Source: Flavobacteriaceae bacterium
Lineage (GTDB): Bacteria > Bacteroidota > Bacteroidia > Flavobacteriales > Flavobacteriaceae
Length of the DNA: 48,629 nucleotides
NCBI GenBank assembly: GCA_018675855.1
Contig: JABGXI010000049.1
Coordinates: forward strand, 1-48,629
Reading direction: 5' to 3'
A program made the position numbers and the translations under genes. Positions 19,891 to 28,308 of the stretch are shown piece after piece. Positions within the stretch are counted from its first letter, which is position 1, and each line of letters opens with the position of its first letter. A model generated the notes under the pieces. The model did not search any database and was not told where the DNA came from. It saw nothing but the letters and a program-made list of their open reading frames with translations.

Positions 19891-20619
19891 ATGTCTCAGG
19901 AAAAATCTTTTCTTAAAATATTTCAATATAGCGAAACCTCTATTCTACTTGAATTCAAACAAGAACCTAAACTTGATTTGTTAAATGAATTAATAGCGTT
20001 TAAAAAAATATTAAACAGTAACTTATGTGGCATAAAACAAATCACTTTAAGTTATAAGTCTTTACTGCTTCAATTCAGTAATCCTTTAAAAAAAGACCAG
20101 AATCTAAAAGAAGAGATTTTAAAATTATATTTAAGTTTTGACTCTTCGAAATCAAAAATTAAATCTAAACATTGGAATATTCCGGTTTGTTATGAATCTA
20201 AATATGCTTCAGACTTAACCGCTCTCTCGAAACATTTAAAATTATCGCACCACCAATTAATTGAATTACACACAAAACCGATTTATCAAATATATTTTAT
20301 AGGCTTTTTACCTGGCTTTCTTTATTTATTAGGATTAGATGCTAAATTGTACCATCCTCGTAAAAAATCACCTACATTAAAAGTTTGTAAAGGTGCTGTA
20401 GGAATTGGAGGTAGACAAACTGGCATATATCCAGACCAAAGCCCGGGAGGATGGAATATAATTGGTACTTCACCTACTTCGGTGTTTGATCCAGATCTTA
20501 AACAGCCTTGTTTTGCTAAATCAGGAGATACTCTTTCCTTTTATTCAATTTCAGAAACTACATTCAAAAAAATTAGGAAAAATAGAATTCCTCCAAATTT
20601 TAGAGAAATAACACTATGA
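19891..20619 (+). CDS. pxpB: 5-oxoprolinase subunit B (KipI / allophanate hydrolase subunit 1 family)
   Basis: GFLPGFLYLLGLD...PRK.SP...V..GAVGIGGRQTGIYP..SPGGWNIIG, a cyclophilin-like KipI signature. Confidence 0.75.
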   Translation: MSQEKSFLKIFQYSETSILLEFKQEPKLDLLNELIAFKKILNSNLCGIKQITLSYKSLLLQFSNPLKKDQNLKEEILKLYLSFDSSKSKIKSKHWNIPVCYESKYASDLTALSKHLKLSHHQLIELHTKPIYQIYFIGFLPGFLYLLGLDAKLYHPRKKSPTLKVCKGAVGIGGRQTGIYPDQSPGGWNIIGTSPTSVFDPDLKQPCFAKSGDTLSFYSISETTFKKIRKNRIPPNFREITL

Positions 20620-21467
20620 TTGAGATTCTTAATCCAGGTTGGCACACTTCTATTCAAGATCAAGGAAGAATGGGGTTACAAGAATATGGTATTCCTTATT
20701 CTGGTGCCATGGATATGAATTCATTTAATTGGGCTAATAAACTTTTAAATAATTCCTTGAATGCTGCTTTACTAGAAATGACAATTAAAGGTCCAAAGCT
20801 AAAGTTTCATACTGAAACAGTTATTGTATTTACAGGAGCTCAAATGGACATTAAGCATAATGGCAATAAAGCTTCTTTGTATAATCCTATATTTATTAAA
20901 AAAAATGACTTACTTGAATGCGGAGCCTGCAAAGAAGGTTGTAGAACTTACATGTCTGTTTTGGGAGGACTCCAAACCGAAAGAATACTAAGTAGTAGGA
21001 GTCAATGTAATTATGTTACAAAATCAGGACACATCAATAAAAAAAGAATATTACAAATTAAAAAAGAGTCATTTGAATTAAATAAAGGAGTCGCGCTAAA
21101 AAGTCCTTTACCTTCATATAATACAAAAGAAATTGAGGTATTCAAAGGACCAGAATTCGATTTATTAGAATCAGTAACTCAACTAAAAATTGCTACTCAG
21201 ACTTTCACAATTAGTCATCTAAACAATCGTATGGCTTATCAGTTAGAAGAAAAAATAATAAATAAACTACCAGAGATTTGGACTACGTCCGTTTTACCAG
21301 GTACGGTTCAACTTACGCCAAACGGAACCCTAATAGTGCTCATGCGAGATGCACAAGTAACCGGTGGATACCCAAGGATACTTCAATTAAGTAATCATGC
21401 GGTGAATATATTAGCTCAAAAATCAACAAGAGATGTGCTACACTTTAAAATAAAATCATTTGATTAA
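20616..21467 (+). CDS. pxpC: 5-oxoprolinase subunit C (KipA / allophanate hydrolase subunit 2 family)
   Basis: 4-nt overlap with pxpB. GWHTSIQDQGR...GIPYSGAMD...AN and GTVQLTPNG...QVTGGYPRI motifs. Confidence 0.75.
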   Translation: MIEILNPGWHTSIQDQGRMGLQEYGIPYSGAMDMNSFNWANKLLNNSLNAALLEMTIKGPKLKFHTETVIVFTGAQMDIKHNGNKASLYNPIFIKKNDLLECGACKEGCRTYMSVLGGLQTERILSSRSQCNYVTKSGHINKKRILQIKKESFELNKGVALKSPLPSYNTKEIEVFKGPEFDLLESVTQLKIATQTFTISHLNNRMAYQLEEKIINKLPEIWTTSVLPGTVQLTPNGTLIVLMRDAQVTGGYPRILQLSNHAVNILAQKSTRDVLHFKIKSFD

Positions 21468-21533
21468 CAAGTCTATACCAGGGGGATCAAATTATTCTAA
21501 ATTGTTTCTTATTTTTACAAAGATTTACGGTAT

Positions 21534-22790
21534 ATGAAGTTACTTCTCAAAAATGCAACGCTACTAGATGAAAAAAGTCCTTTTCACAATCAAACAAAGG
21601 ATGTTTTAATTGAAAAAGGAATTGTCACTCAACTAGAAGATCATATTGAAAATAAGGGAGCTAAAGTCATAAATCTAAAAAATCTTCATATTTCTTCAGG
21701 ATGGTTTGATCCAAATGTTTCATTTGGAGAGCCTGGTTATGAAGAGCGCGAAACTTTGAAAAATGGTCTTCAAACAGCTGCAAAAAGTGGATTCACGAAT
21801 ATTGTACTTAATCCTAACACAAAACCTCTAACAGAAACACATTCAGATGTTAGTCATTTACTTCAGAGTAACAAAAATCAACTTACAGCATTGCATATAA
21901 GTTCGGTCTTAACAGAAGAGGGAAAAGGAAACCAAATGGCACCACTTTTAGATCTACATAAAGCAGGTGCTGTGGTTTTTGGTGATTATAAAACCTCATA
22001 TAACAATCCAAATTTATTACGTATAGCATTGGATTACTCACAAAGCTTTGGAGGTCTTATCCAGGCTTATCCTATGGATAAAGCTTTGAGTAACAACGGA
22101 CAAATGCATGAGGGGATTATAAGCACAAACCTTGGCCTTAAAGGAATACCTCAAGTTGCGGAAACTACAACTTTAGCAAGAGACCTTCAACTCTTAGACT
22201 ATACTCAAGGAAAGTTACACATTCCTTTTATTACTTCTTCAGCTAGTTTAGAGATTGTTCGTGCCGCTAAAAAGAAAGGCCTAAATGTTAGTTGTGGCGT
22301 CGGAATTCCACATCTTTTATTTACAGATGAAAATTTAATAAACTTTAACTCCCATTATAAAATATTTCCACCCCTTCGATCTGCATCAGATCAACGGTCC
22401 CTAAGAGAAGGATTATTAGACGGAACTATTGACATGGTAAGTAGCATGCACCAACCCATAAATCCAGAATTAAAAGATCTTGAATTTATTCAAGCACATG
22501 AAGGAAGTATTGGATTAGAAGCAGCTTTTGGAGTGCTACATAATCATTTTCCATTAGAAAAAGTAATTTCATTTTTGACAAGAGGAAAAAAGCGGTTTGG
22601 GATTAAAAATACAGGTTTTAAAATTGGTGCAATTGCAGATTTTAGCCTCTTTACTCCTAGTGGCACTTCTATATTCACCAAAGAAAATATTTACTCAACA
22701 TCTAAAAACTGCATGTTTATTGGTGCCGATATTAAGGGAAGTGTTTACGGTTGCATTCGTGGAACAGAATTCCATTTAAATACTCTATAA
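21534..22790 (+). CDS. dihydroorotase-like amidohydrolase-fold protein with degenerate metal site (probably non-catalytic)
   Basis: Collinear with type-I DHOase (…EPG.E.RET...AA.SGFT.....PNT…PHLLFTDE…). However, the HxH motif is replaced by D-P-N-V-S-F and the DHAPH-type block reads SSMHQPI. Confidence 0.72.
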   Translation: MKLLLKNATLLDEKSPFHNQTKDVLIEKGIVTQLEDHIENKGAKVINLKNLHISSGWFDPNVSFGEPGYEERETLKNGLQTAAKSGFTNIVLNPNTKPLTETHSDVSHLLQSNKNQLTALHISSVLTEEGKGNQMAPLLDLHKAGAVVFGDYKTSYNNPNLLRIALDYSQSFGGLIQAYPMDKALSNNGQMHEGIISTNLGLKGIPQVAETTTLARDLQLLDYTQGKLHIPFITSSASLEIVRAAKKKGLNVSCGVGIPHLLFTDENLINFNSHYKIFPPLRSASDQRSLREGLLDGTIDMVSSMHQPINPELKDLEFIQAHEGSIGLEAAFGVLHNHFPLEKVISFLTRGKKRFGIKNTGFKIGAIADFSLFTPSGTSIFTKENIYSTSKNCMFIGADIKGSVYGCIRGTEFHLNTL

Positions 22791-22797
22791 TTTTTTA

Positions 22798-23427
22798 ATG
22801 CTAGAATATAAAATACGCCCTGGATCAGGAAACCAAAAAAAAAAACCAACTATTTTCTTACTTCACGGGTATGGAAGTAATATGGATGATTTATATTCTT
22901 TTGCACCCTACCTACCTATCTCTCATAATATTATTTCTTTTCAAGCTCCATTATCTTTAGGGTTCGGAAGTTATGCTTGGTATCCAATTGGAATCGATAA
23001 CAAGGGCGCGGTTACTTCTGAGTTGGATGCTGCCAAGAATTCAGTGGACATGATTATTAAAAATATTGATCTACTATCAGAACGCTATGAATTAGACTCA
23101 GAGGATTTGAGTATATTAGGATTTAGTCAAGGTGCTATTTTAAGTTGGGCTTTAGGATTTTATAAGCCAAACAAAATTAGAAGAATTATGCCAATTAGTG
23201 GATTACTTCATGAGAGTGTTATCACTAAAAATAAACCAACTTTCTTAGCATATGCTTCTCATGGCATTGAGGATAACGTCATTCCAATTGAAAAGGCAAG
23301 AGAATTCATAGTGCCCATAAGTAATAATAATTCAGGTATTCATTATAAAGAATTTAATGATGGACACAATATCTCACAAGAAAACTTCTCAGAACTTTTA
23401 AAATGGATTGAGAAAACCAATCTGTAA
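22798..23427 (+). CDS. phospholipase/carboxylesterase-family alpha/beta hydrolase
   Basis: FLLHGYGSN..D and nucleophile elbow GFSQGA, C-terminal HG...D..I and GH motifs. 209 aa. Confidence 0.75.
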   Translation: MLEYKIRPGSGNQKKKPTIFLLHGYGSNMDDLYSFAPYLPISHNIISFQAPLSLGFGSYAWYPIGIDNKGAVTSELDAAKNSVDMIIKNIDLLSERYELDSEDLSILGFSQGAILSWALGFYKPNKIRRIMPISGLLHESVITKNKPTFLAYASHGIEDNVIPIEKAREFIVPISNNNSGIHYKEFNDGHNISQENFSELLKWIEKTNL

Positions 23428-23895
23428 TTATTCGATATAAAAAATGACTTCACTAAAATCAATTGCTTTCTTGCTATTGATCTGATATGAAACTAAAGCT
23501 TGTCCTTTTTGTTGATCACTTTTAAACCCTAAAAGTACCCATTGAGAATTAACAACCTTGATATGATCAATTAAAAAAACATGCTCTTTTGGTATTTTAG
23601 GAAGTAAATCTATTAAGTTACCATTGGTATTGTATTCTCTAAGTAATTGTTTTAGCCTTTCTTCTTTTTTGTTTTCTGTTAAATTGATCTCCCCATTTGA
23701 GTTCAATGAAAAATAAATATTTGAGTTACGATATTCATTTAAATTCTTAATAGAATCTTTTAAGATAAGGTTCAATCTGTTTTGTGATTGAATAAGATCA
23801 TCTTGATAATTCAATAACTTATTTGAATTAATCAATTGAAAGAAAAGAATAATACAAACAAAAATAAATAGATAAAAAACAATTTTAAATTTCAT
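23428..23895 (-). CDS. membrane-anchored hypothetical protein
   Basis: 155 aa with a single N-terminal TM (IVFYLFIFVCIILFF). Lies 7 nt downstream of the MBL-fold gene. No recognised motif. Confidence 0.5.
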   Translation of the reverse strand: MKFKIVFYLFIFVCIILFFQLINSNKLLNYQDDLIQSQNRLNLILKDSIKNLNEYRNSNIYFSLNSNGEINLTENKKEERLKQLLREYNTNGNLIDLLPKIPKEHVFLIDHIKVVNSQWVLLGFKSDQQKGQALVSYQINSKKAIDFSEVIFYIE

Positions 23896-23902
23896 AAAAA
23901 CG

Positions 23903-24673
23903 TTAATTAGATGTTATTGTTAGTGTGTCGTAAGCTAAAAAAACATTTTTAGGAAGCTGATTGCTTACTTCATCGTGAAATCCCATTAAATGGCTTATGT
24001 GCGTTAAATAACATTGCCTAGGATTTATTTTATGAATTAATTTCAAGGCTTCTTCAAGATTTAAATGACTTGGATGTGGTTCAATTCGAAGAGCGCTAAG
24101 AACTAGTACATCAATTTTTGATAGTTTCTTTATTTCATTATTTGTAATTGTTTTTATATCAGTCAAATAGGCAAAGTCATCAATTCTATAACCTAAAACA
24201 GAAAGGTTATTATGCATCAATTGAATTGGATGAATCGTTTTATTTTTAAATTTAAATGAAGATTTATGACTAACCACAAAAGTATTTACTGAGGGTGCTC
24301 CTGGATACTTATTTACATTTGAAAATATATAATCAAACCTACGGGATAGATTTTTAATTACTCGAGTACTTCCATATACAGAGATTTCTCCTTGCTTAAA
24401 AAAAAATGGTCGAATGTCGTCAATACCGGCAGTATGATCGGCATGTTCGTGCGTAAATAAAATTCCGGCTAAAGTCTCACAATTTACTTGTAACATTTGT
24501 TGCCTAAAATCCGGACCACAATCGATAACTAAATTCACATCCTCCCAGGTAATCATAATAGACACTCTTAATCGTTTATCTTTTGGGTTAAGGCTAAGGC
24601 AAACGGGGTGTTTACTCCCAATAATGGGAATTCCTTGAGAGGTACCAGTTCCTAAAAAATGAATTTTAAGCAT
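23903..24673 (-). CDS. MBL-fold metallo-hydrolase (PhnP/GloB-like)
   Basis: HxHxDH motif (FTHEHADHTAG) and downstream His/Asp ligands. 256 aa. Confidence 0.8.
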   Translation of the reverse strand: MLKIHFLGTGTSQGIPIIGSKHPVCLSLNPKDKRLRVSIMITWEDVNLVIDCGPDFRQQMLQVNCETLAGILFTHEHADHTAGIDDIRPFFFKQGEISVYGSTRVIKNLSRRFDYIFSNVNKYPGAPSVNTFVVSHKSSFKFKNKTIHPIQLMHNNLSVLGYRIDDFAYLTDIKTITNNEIKKLSKIDVLVLSALRIEPHPSHLNLEEALKLIHKINPRQCYLTHISHLMGFHDEVSNQLPKNVFLAYDTLTITSN

Positions 24674-24720
24674 ATTAAAAACAAAGGTAAAAATTTGCTA
24701 TATAATAAAGTGGAACTTTG

Positions 24721-24728
24721 TACTTTTG
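24721..24728 (+). promoter_or_regulatory. candidate -7 box (TACTTTTG) with upstream TTTG (24694-24697)
   Basis: Exact TAnnTTTG match 21 nt upstream of ATG 24749. A possible -33 TTTG lies 23 nt further upstream. Confidence 0.4.
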
Positions 24729-24748
24729 AATGTTAAATATTTACATTT

Positions 24749-26182
24749 ATGGCACCTGATCTTCAAGGAGACACCGGTTTTGATAATAAACCCTCAATAG
24801 AATCAAAAGCACTTCGGATAAATCTAAACAAATACGTTTATGGAACATTTGCAGAAATTGGAGCGGGACAAGAAGTTGCGCGACATTTTTTTAGGGTCGG
24901 AGGTGCATCAGGGACTATCGCTAAGACAATTTCTGCATATGACAAAAACTTTAGTGATACTATTTATGGTGAAGAAAAAGATGGTCGCTATGTAACTGAA
25001 ACAAGACTTGATAAAATGCTTTCGCATGAAATGAGTCTTTTAGAAAACAGGATTCCTAAAGAAGATCATCCTAACAAAATGTTTTTTACACTTGCAAATA
25101 CTGTTACCACTATTGATTTTGCTAAAAAATTTAAAGGTCATGGATGGATGGGAATTCGTTTTCAAACTAACCCTAATGAATCTTACAGTCAAATTTCGTT
25201 ACATATTCGTTTTCATCAAGCCGAAGCTAGACTTCAACAGGAAGCATTGGGTTTTATGGGAGTAAATTTAGTTTATGGAGCATTTTATAAAAATCATACT
25301 CCAAAAAAATTATTGCGATATCTTTTTGATCATATTGATAGTGATGCCATAGAAATAGATACTATTAACTTTTCTGGACCAAAATTCAATGAAGTTGACA
25401 ATCGACTAATGAGTCTTCAATTAATCAAAAATGGCATGACTGATGCCGTAATGTTTGATCCTAAAGGGAATAATATTCTTCCTGCTAGAATATTATATAA
25501 AAAAAATATTTTGGCACTACGCGGAAGCTTTCGACCTGTAACTAAAGTGAACATTGATATGTTTGAAAAATCATACTCTATTTTTTCAAAAGAAAATAAT
25601 GTTGATGAGGAGAAGACAGAAGTCATTTTTGAAATAACATTATCAAACCTTAGAGCTTCAGGTGAAATTGATGAGAAAGATTTTATGGACCGTGCAAAAC
25701 TTTTGTGTTCATTGGGGCATACAGTAATGATCTCTAATTTTAAAGAATACTACCGTCTGATAGATTACTTTTCAAATTATACAAAAAAGCAAGTCGGACT
25801 TTCGATGGGCGTCAATAACTTTGTAGAGATTTTTGACGAGCAATATTATAAAGATTTAAGTGGAGGTATTTTAGAAGCTTTTGGTAAACTATTTTACAAT
25901 AACCTAAAGGTATACCTATACCCTATGCGCCACGAAAAAACGGGTGAAATTATCACAAGTAACAATTTGAAGCTTCATCCAAGAATGAAAGACTTTTACA
26001 AATTCTTTAAATACAACAATAAAATTATTGATATTTTTGACTTTGATGAAGGATTACTTTCTATTTTCTCTCGTGATATTTTACAAAAAATAAAAAATAA
26101 AGAGAACGGATGGGAAACGGAGTTACCCAATGGTATTGCGGAATTAATAAAAAGTGGAAAAATGTTAGGTTTCGAAAAATAA
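24749..26182 (+). CDS. conserved cytoplasmic protein of unknown function (477 aa)
   Basis: Long ORF with good coding character and no signal peptide. The N-terminal block GTFAEIGAGQEVARHFFRVGGASGTIAKTISAYD looks conserved, but I cannot assign a family. Confidence 0.6.
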   Translation: MAPDLQGDTGFDNKPSIESKALRINLNKYVYGTFAEIGAGQEVARHFFRVGGASGTIAKTISAYDKNFSDTIYGEEKDGRYVTETRLDKMLSHEMSLLENRIPKEDHPNKMFFTLANTVTTIDFAKKFKGHGWMGIRFQTNPNESYSQISLHIRFHQAEARLQQEALGFMGVNLVYGAFYKNHTPKKLLRYLFDHIDSDAIEIDTINFSGPKFNEVDNRLMSLQLIKNGMTDAVMFDPKGNNILPARILYKKNILALRGSFRPVTKVNIDMFEKSYSIFSKENNVDEEKTEVIFEITLSNLRASGEIDEKDFMDRAKLLCSLGHTVMISNFKEYYRLIDYFSNYTKKQVGLSMGVNNFVEIFDEQYYKDLSGGILEAFGKLFYNNLKVYLYPMRHEKTGEIITSNNLKLHPRMKDFYKFFKYNNKIIDIFDFDEGLLSIFSRDILQKIKNKENGWETELPNGIAELIKSGKMLGFEK

Positions 26183-26185
26183 TTT

Positions 26186-26653
26186 TTAAGCTTCTATTTC
26201 TAGGATTTGTTCTGCATGGGTCTTTGTTTTTACTTTATCAATTACATGTTCAATCACTCCTTCTTCATCAATAATAAATGTCATTCTATGAATTCCATCA
26301 TATTCCTTACCCATAAATTTTTTTGGGCCCCAAACACCAAAAGAATTTAAAATAGTTTTTTCTGTGTCGGCTAAAAGAGGAAAGGGTAAATTAAATTTAT
26401 CAGCAAATTTTTTCTGTTTTATTTCTGTATCAGCGCTAACACCTAACAAAACATAACCTGCTTCCTTTAATTCTTTGTAATGATCCCTTAAGTCACATGC
26501 CTCAGCTGTACAGCCTGGAGTATTTGCTTTAGGATAGAAAAAGATTACAACTTTAGAACCTTTATGGTTTTCCAAACTTTGTGGATTTCCTAAATGGTCG
26601 TTTACGTTAAAGGGAGATGGAATTTCTCCTACTTTTAATGGCTTCATAATCAT
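26186..26653 (-). CDS. bcp: thiol peroxidase Bcp (peroxiredoxin Q)
   Basis: FYPKANTPGCTAEAC active site with CxxxxC spacing. 153-155 aa. Confidence 0.9.
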   Translation of the reverse strand: MIMKPLKVGEIPSPFNVNDHLGNPQSLENHKGSKVVIFFYPKANTPGCTAEACDLRDHYKELKEAGYVLLGVSADTEIKQKKFADKFNLPFPLLADTEKTILNSFGVWGPKKFMGKEYDGIHRMTFIIDEEGVIEHVIDKVKTKTHAEQILEIEA

Positions 26654-26687
26654 AGTGTTTTAGTATTTTCGAAGATAATTAATCTTG

Positions 26688-27335
26688 ATGACAAAAAAAG
26701 AAAAAGTTGCTTTTGCAATGCAAACCCTAGAAGAACTATATCCAGAGATTCCAATACCCTTGAATCACAAAGATCCTTACACCCTGTTGATTGCTGTTTT
26801 ATTATCTGCACAAACTACAGATGTGAGGGTTAATAAAATAACACCACAACTTTTTAAAAGAGCCGATACTCCACAAAAAATGATTACCCTAAGTGTTGAT
26901 GAAATTCAAAAAATTATTCGCTCAGTTGGCTTATCGCCAATGAAATCGAAGGGAATTTTTGAATTATCTCATATACTATTAAATAAACATCAAGGATTAG
27001 TTCCTCAAGATCTGAAGTCGTTAGAAGAACTTCCTGCTGTGGGACATAAAACAGCAAGTGTTGTAATGGCTCAAGCTTTTGGTGTCCCATCATTCCCAGT
27101 AGATACCCATATACATCGCCTTATGTATCGATGGGGATTTACAAATGGGAAGAATGTGGTTCAAACAGAACGTGATGCAAAGCGTCTTTTTCCAGAAAAC
27201 AAGTGGAATGATTTACATTTACAGATTATATGGTATGGTAGAGAATATTCTCCGGCAAGAGGCTGGAATATTGACAAAGATTTAATTACTAGAACAATTG
27301 GAAGAAAGACATTACTTAAAAAAGTGATGTCTTAA
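26688..27335 (+). CDS. nth: endonuclease III-like HhH-GPD DNA glycosylase lacking the Fe-S cluster cysteines
   Basis: HhH-GPD core: LLSAQTTD, LPAVGHKTASVV (catalytic Lys), VDTHIHR (catalytic Asp). There are no Cys residues anywhere. ATG at 26688 (26685 is a TTG). Confidence 0.85.
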   Translation: MTKKEKVAFAMQTLEELYPEIPIPLNHKDPYTLLIAVLLSAQTTDVRVNKITPQLFKRADTPQKMITLSVDEIQKIIRSVGLSPMKSKGIFELSHILLNKHQGLVPQDLKSLEELPAVGHKTASVVMAQAFGVPSFPVDTHIHRLMYRWGFTNGKNVVQTERDAKRLFPENKWNDLHLQIIWYGREYSPARGWNIDKDLITRTIGRKTLLKKVMS

Positions 27336-27478
27336 TTTTTTAATATTTTTAAAAGTTTATTTTCCTTTTGCTGCTTATTGTAAGACTTAGAGAAAGCAAT
27401 AATACGTTTTATTACAATTTCCCGAGGTAGTTGTTTTAATGAAGAATTGGTCGTGTTAACAGAGTAATTTTTTGCCAT
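27332..27478 (-). CDS. possible 48-aa basic protein downstream of the sigma factor gene
   Basis: ATG-initiated ORF below the track cutoff: MAKNYSVNTTNSSLKQLPREIVIKRIIAFSKSYNKQQKENKLLKILKN. It lies 48 nt after the sigma gene stop and overlaps the nth stop by 4 nt. It fills an otherwise empty 190-nt gap in a very compact region. Confidence 0.3.
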   Translation of the reverse strand: MAKNYSVNTTNSSLKQLPREIVIKRIIAFSKSYNKQQKENKLLKILKN

Positions 27479-27526
27479 AAAAATAATTATATTTAAATAA
27501 CGCTATTATTACTCTAAAATTGTATG

Positions 27527-28117
27527 CTACTCTAAAACAACTTGATGATCGTCAGCAAGCTTTCTCAAATTAATGATAGCATAACGCATTCTACCAAGTG
27601 CAGTGTTGATGCTTACGTTTGTGTTTTGAGCAATTTCTTTAAAGCTCATATCTCTATATAACCTCATGGTAAGTACCTCCTTTTGATCTTCTGGAAGTTC
27701 CAATATTAAATTTTGCAAATCCTTCACCAATTGATCTTGAGAGAGAATGCTTTCTATATTTGGTGATGTATCGGAAATAAATTTAAAAAGATCATATTCA
27801 TCGTTATTTTCAATTGTTGGAATACGATTGCTTTTCCTGAAGAAGTCAATAACTAAATTATGGGCTATACGCATGACCCATGGCAAAAACTTACCTTCCT
27901 CATTATAAACACCACTTTTTAATGTTTTTATTACTTTAATAAAAGTGTCTTGAAAGATATCTTCCGCGGTATCACGATCTAAAACTTTAGATTTGATGTA
28001 ATTAAAGATCCTGAGTTGATGTCTATTAATTAATTTTTCAATTGCTTTTTCAGAACCTGAAATATATTCTTGAACAAGAATTGCATCTGAAATTAAAGAG
28101 GAGTTATTTATATCCAT
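27527..28117 (-). CDS. RNA polymerase sigma-70-family (ECF-type) sigma factor
   Basis: 196 aa. Region 2 (AEDIFQDTFIKV...PWVMRIAHNLVIDFFR) and region 4 HTH (MSFKEIAQNTNVSINTALGRMRYA). Confidence 0.85.
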   Translation of the reverse strand: MDINNSSLISDAILVQEYISGSEKAIEKLINRHQLRIFNYIKSKVLDRDTAEDIFQDTFIKVIKTLKSGVYNEEGKFLPWVMRIAHNLVIDFFRKSNRIPTIENNDEYDLFKFISDTSPNIESILSQDQLVKDLQNLILELPEDQKEVLTMRLYRDMSFKEIAQNTNVSINTALGRMRYAIINLRKLADDHQVVLE

Positions 28118-28308
28118 AATAAAATTACTTTGGCAATAATGCCATTAAAAATCCGTGATAATTAAAAAGTAATTTTGTTTTATATGGTAAATATTTTTAA
28201 CAAATATACATTTTTTAAAAGTTATTAACAATAAATTGTTTGTTTTAGTGTTTTTGTCAGTAAAAATGCGGTTTAAAAATCGTAAATTAGGCGCCTTTGA
28301 AAAAGACT

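Noticed and set aside
22835-22845. A11 homopolymer near the 5' end of the esterase gene (GNQKKKPT) as a second phase-variation tract
   Set aside because: A/T runs of 8-11 are frequent throughout this AT-rich window, both coding and non-coding. It is therefore not statistically remarkable, unlike the G10 tract.
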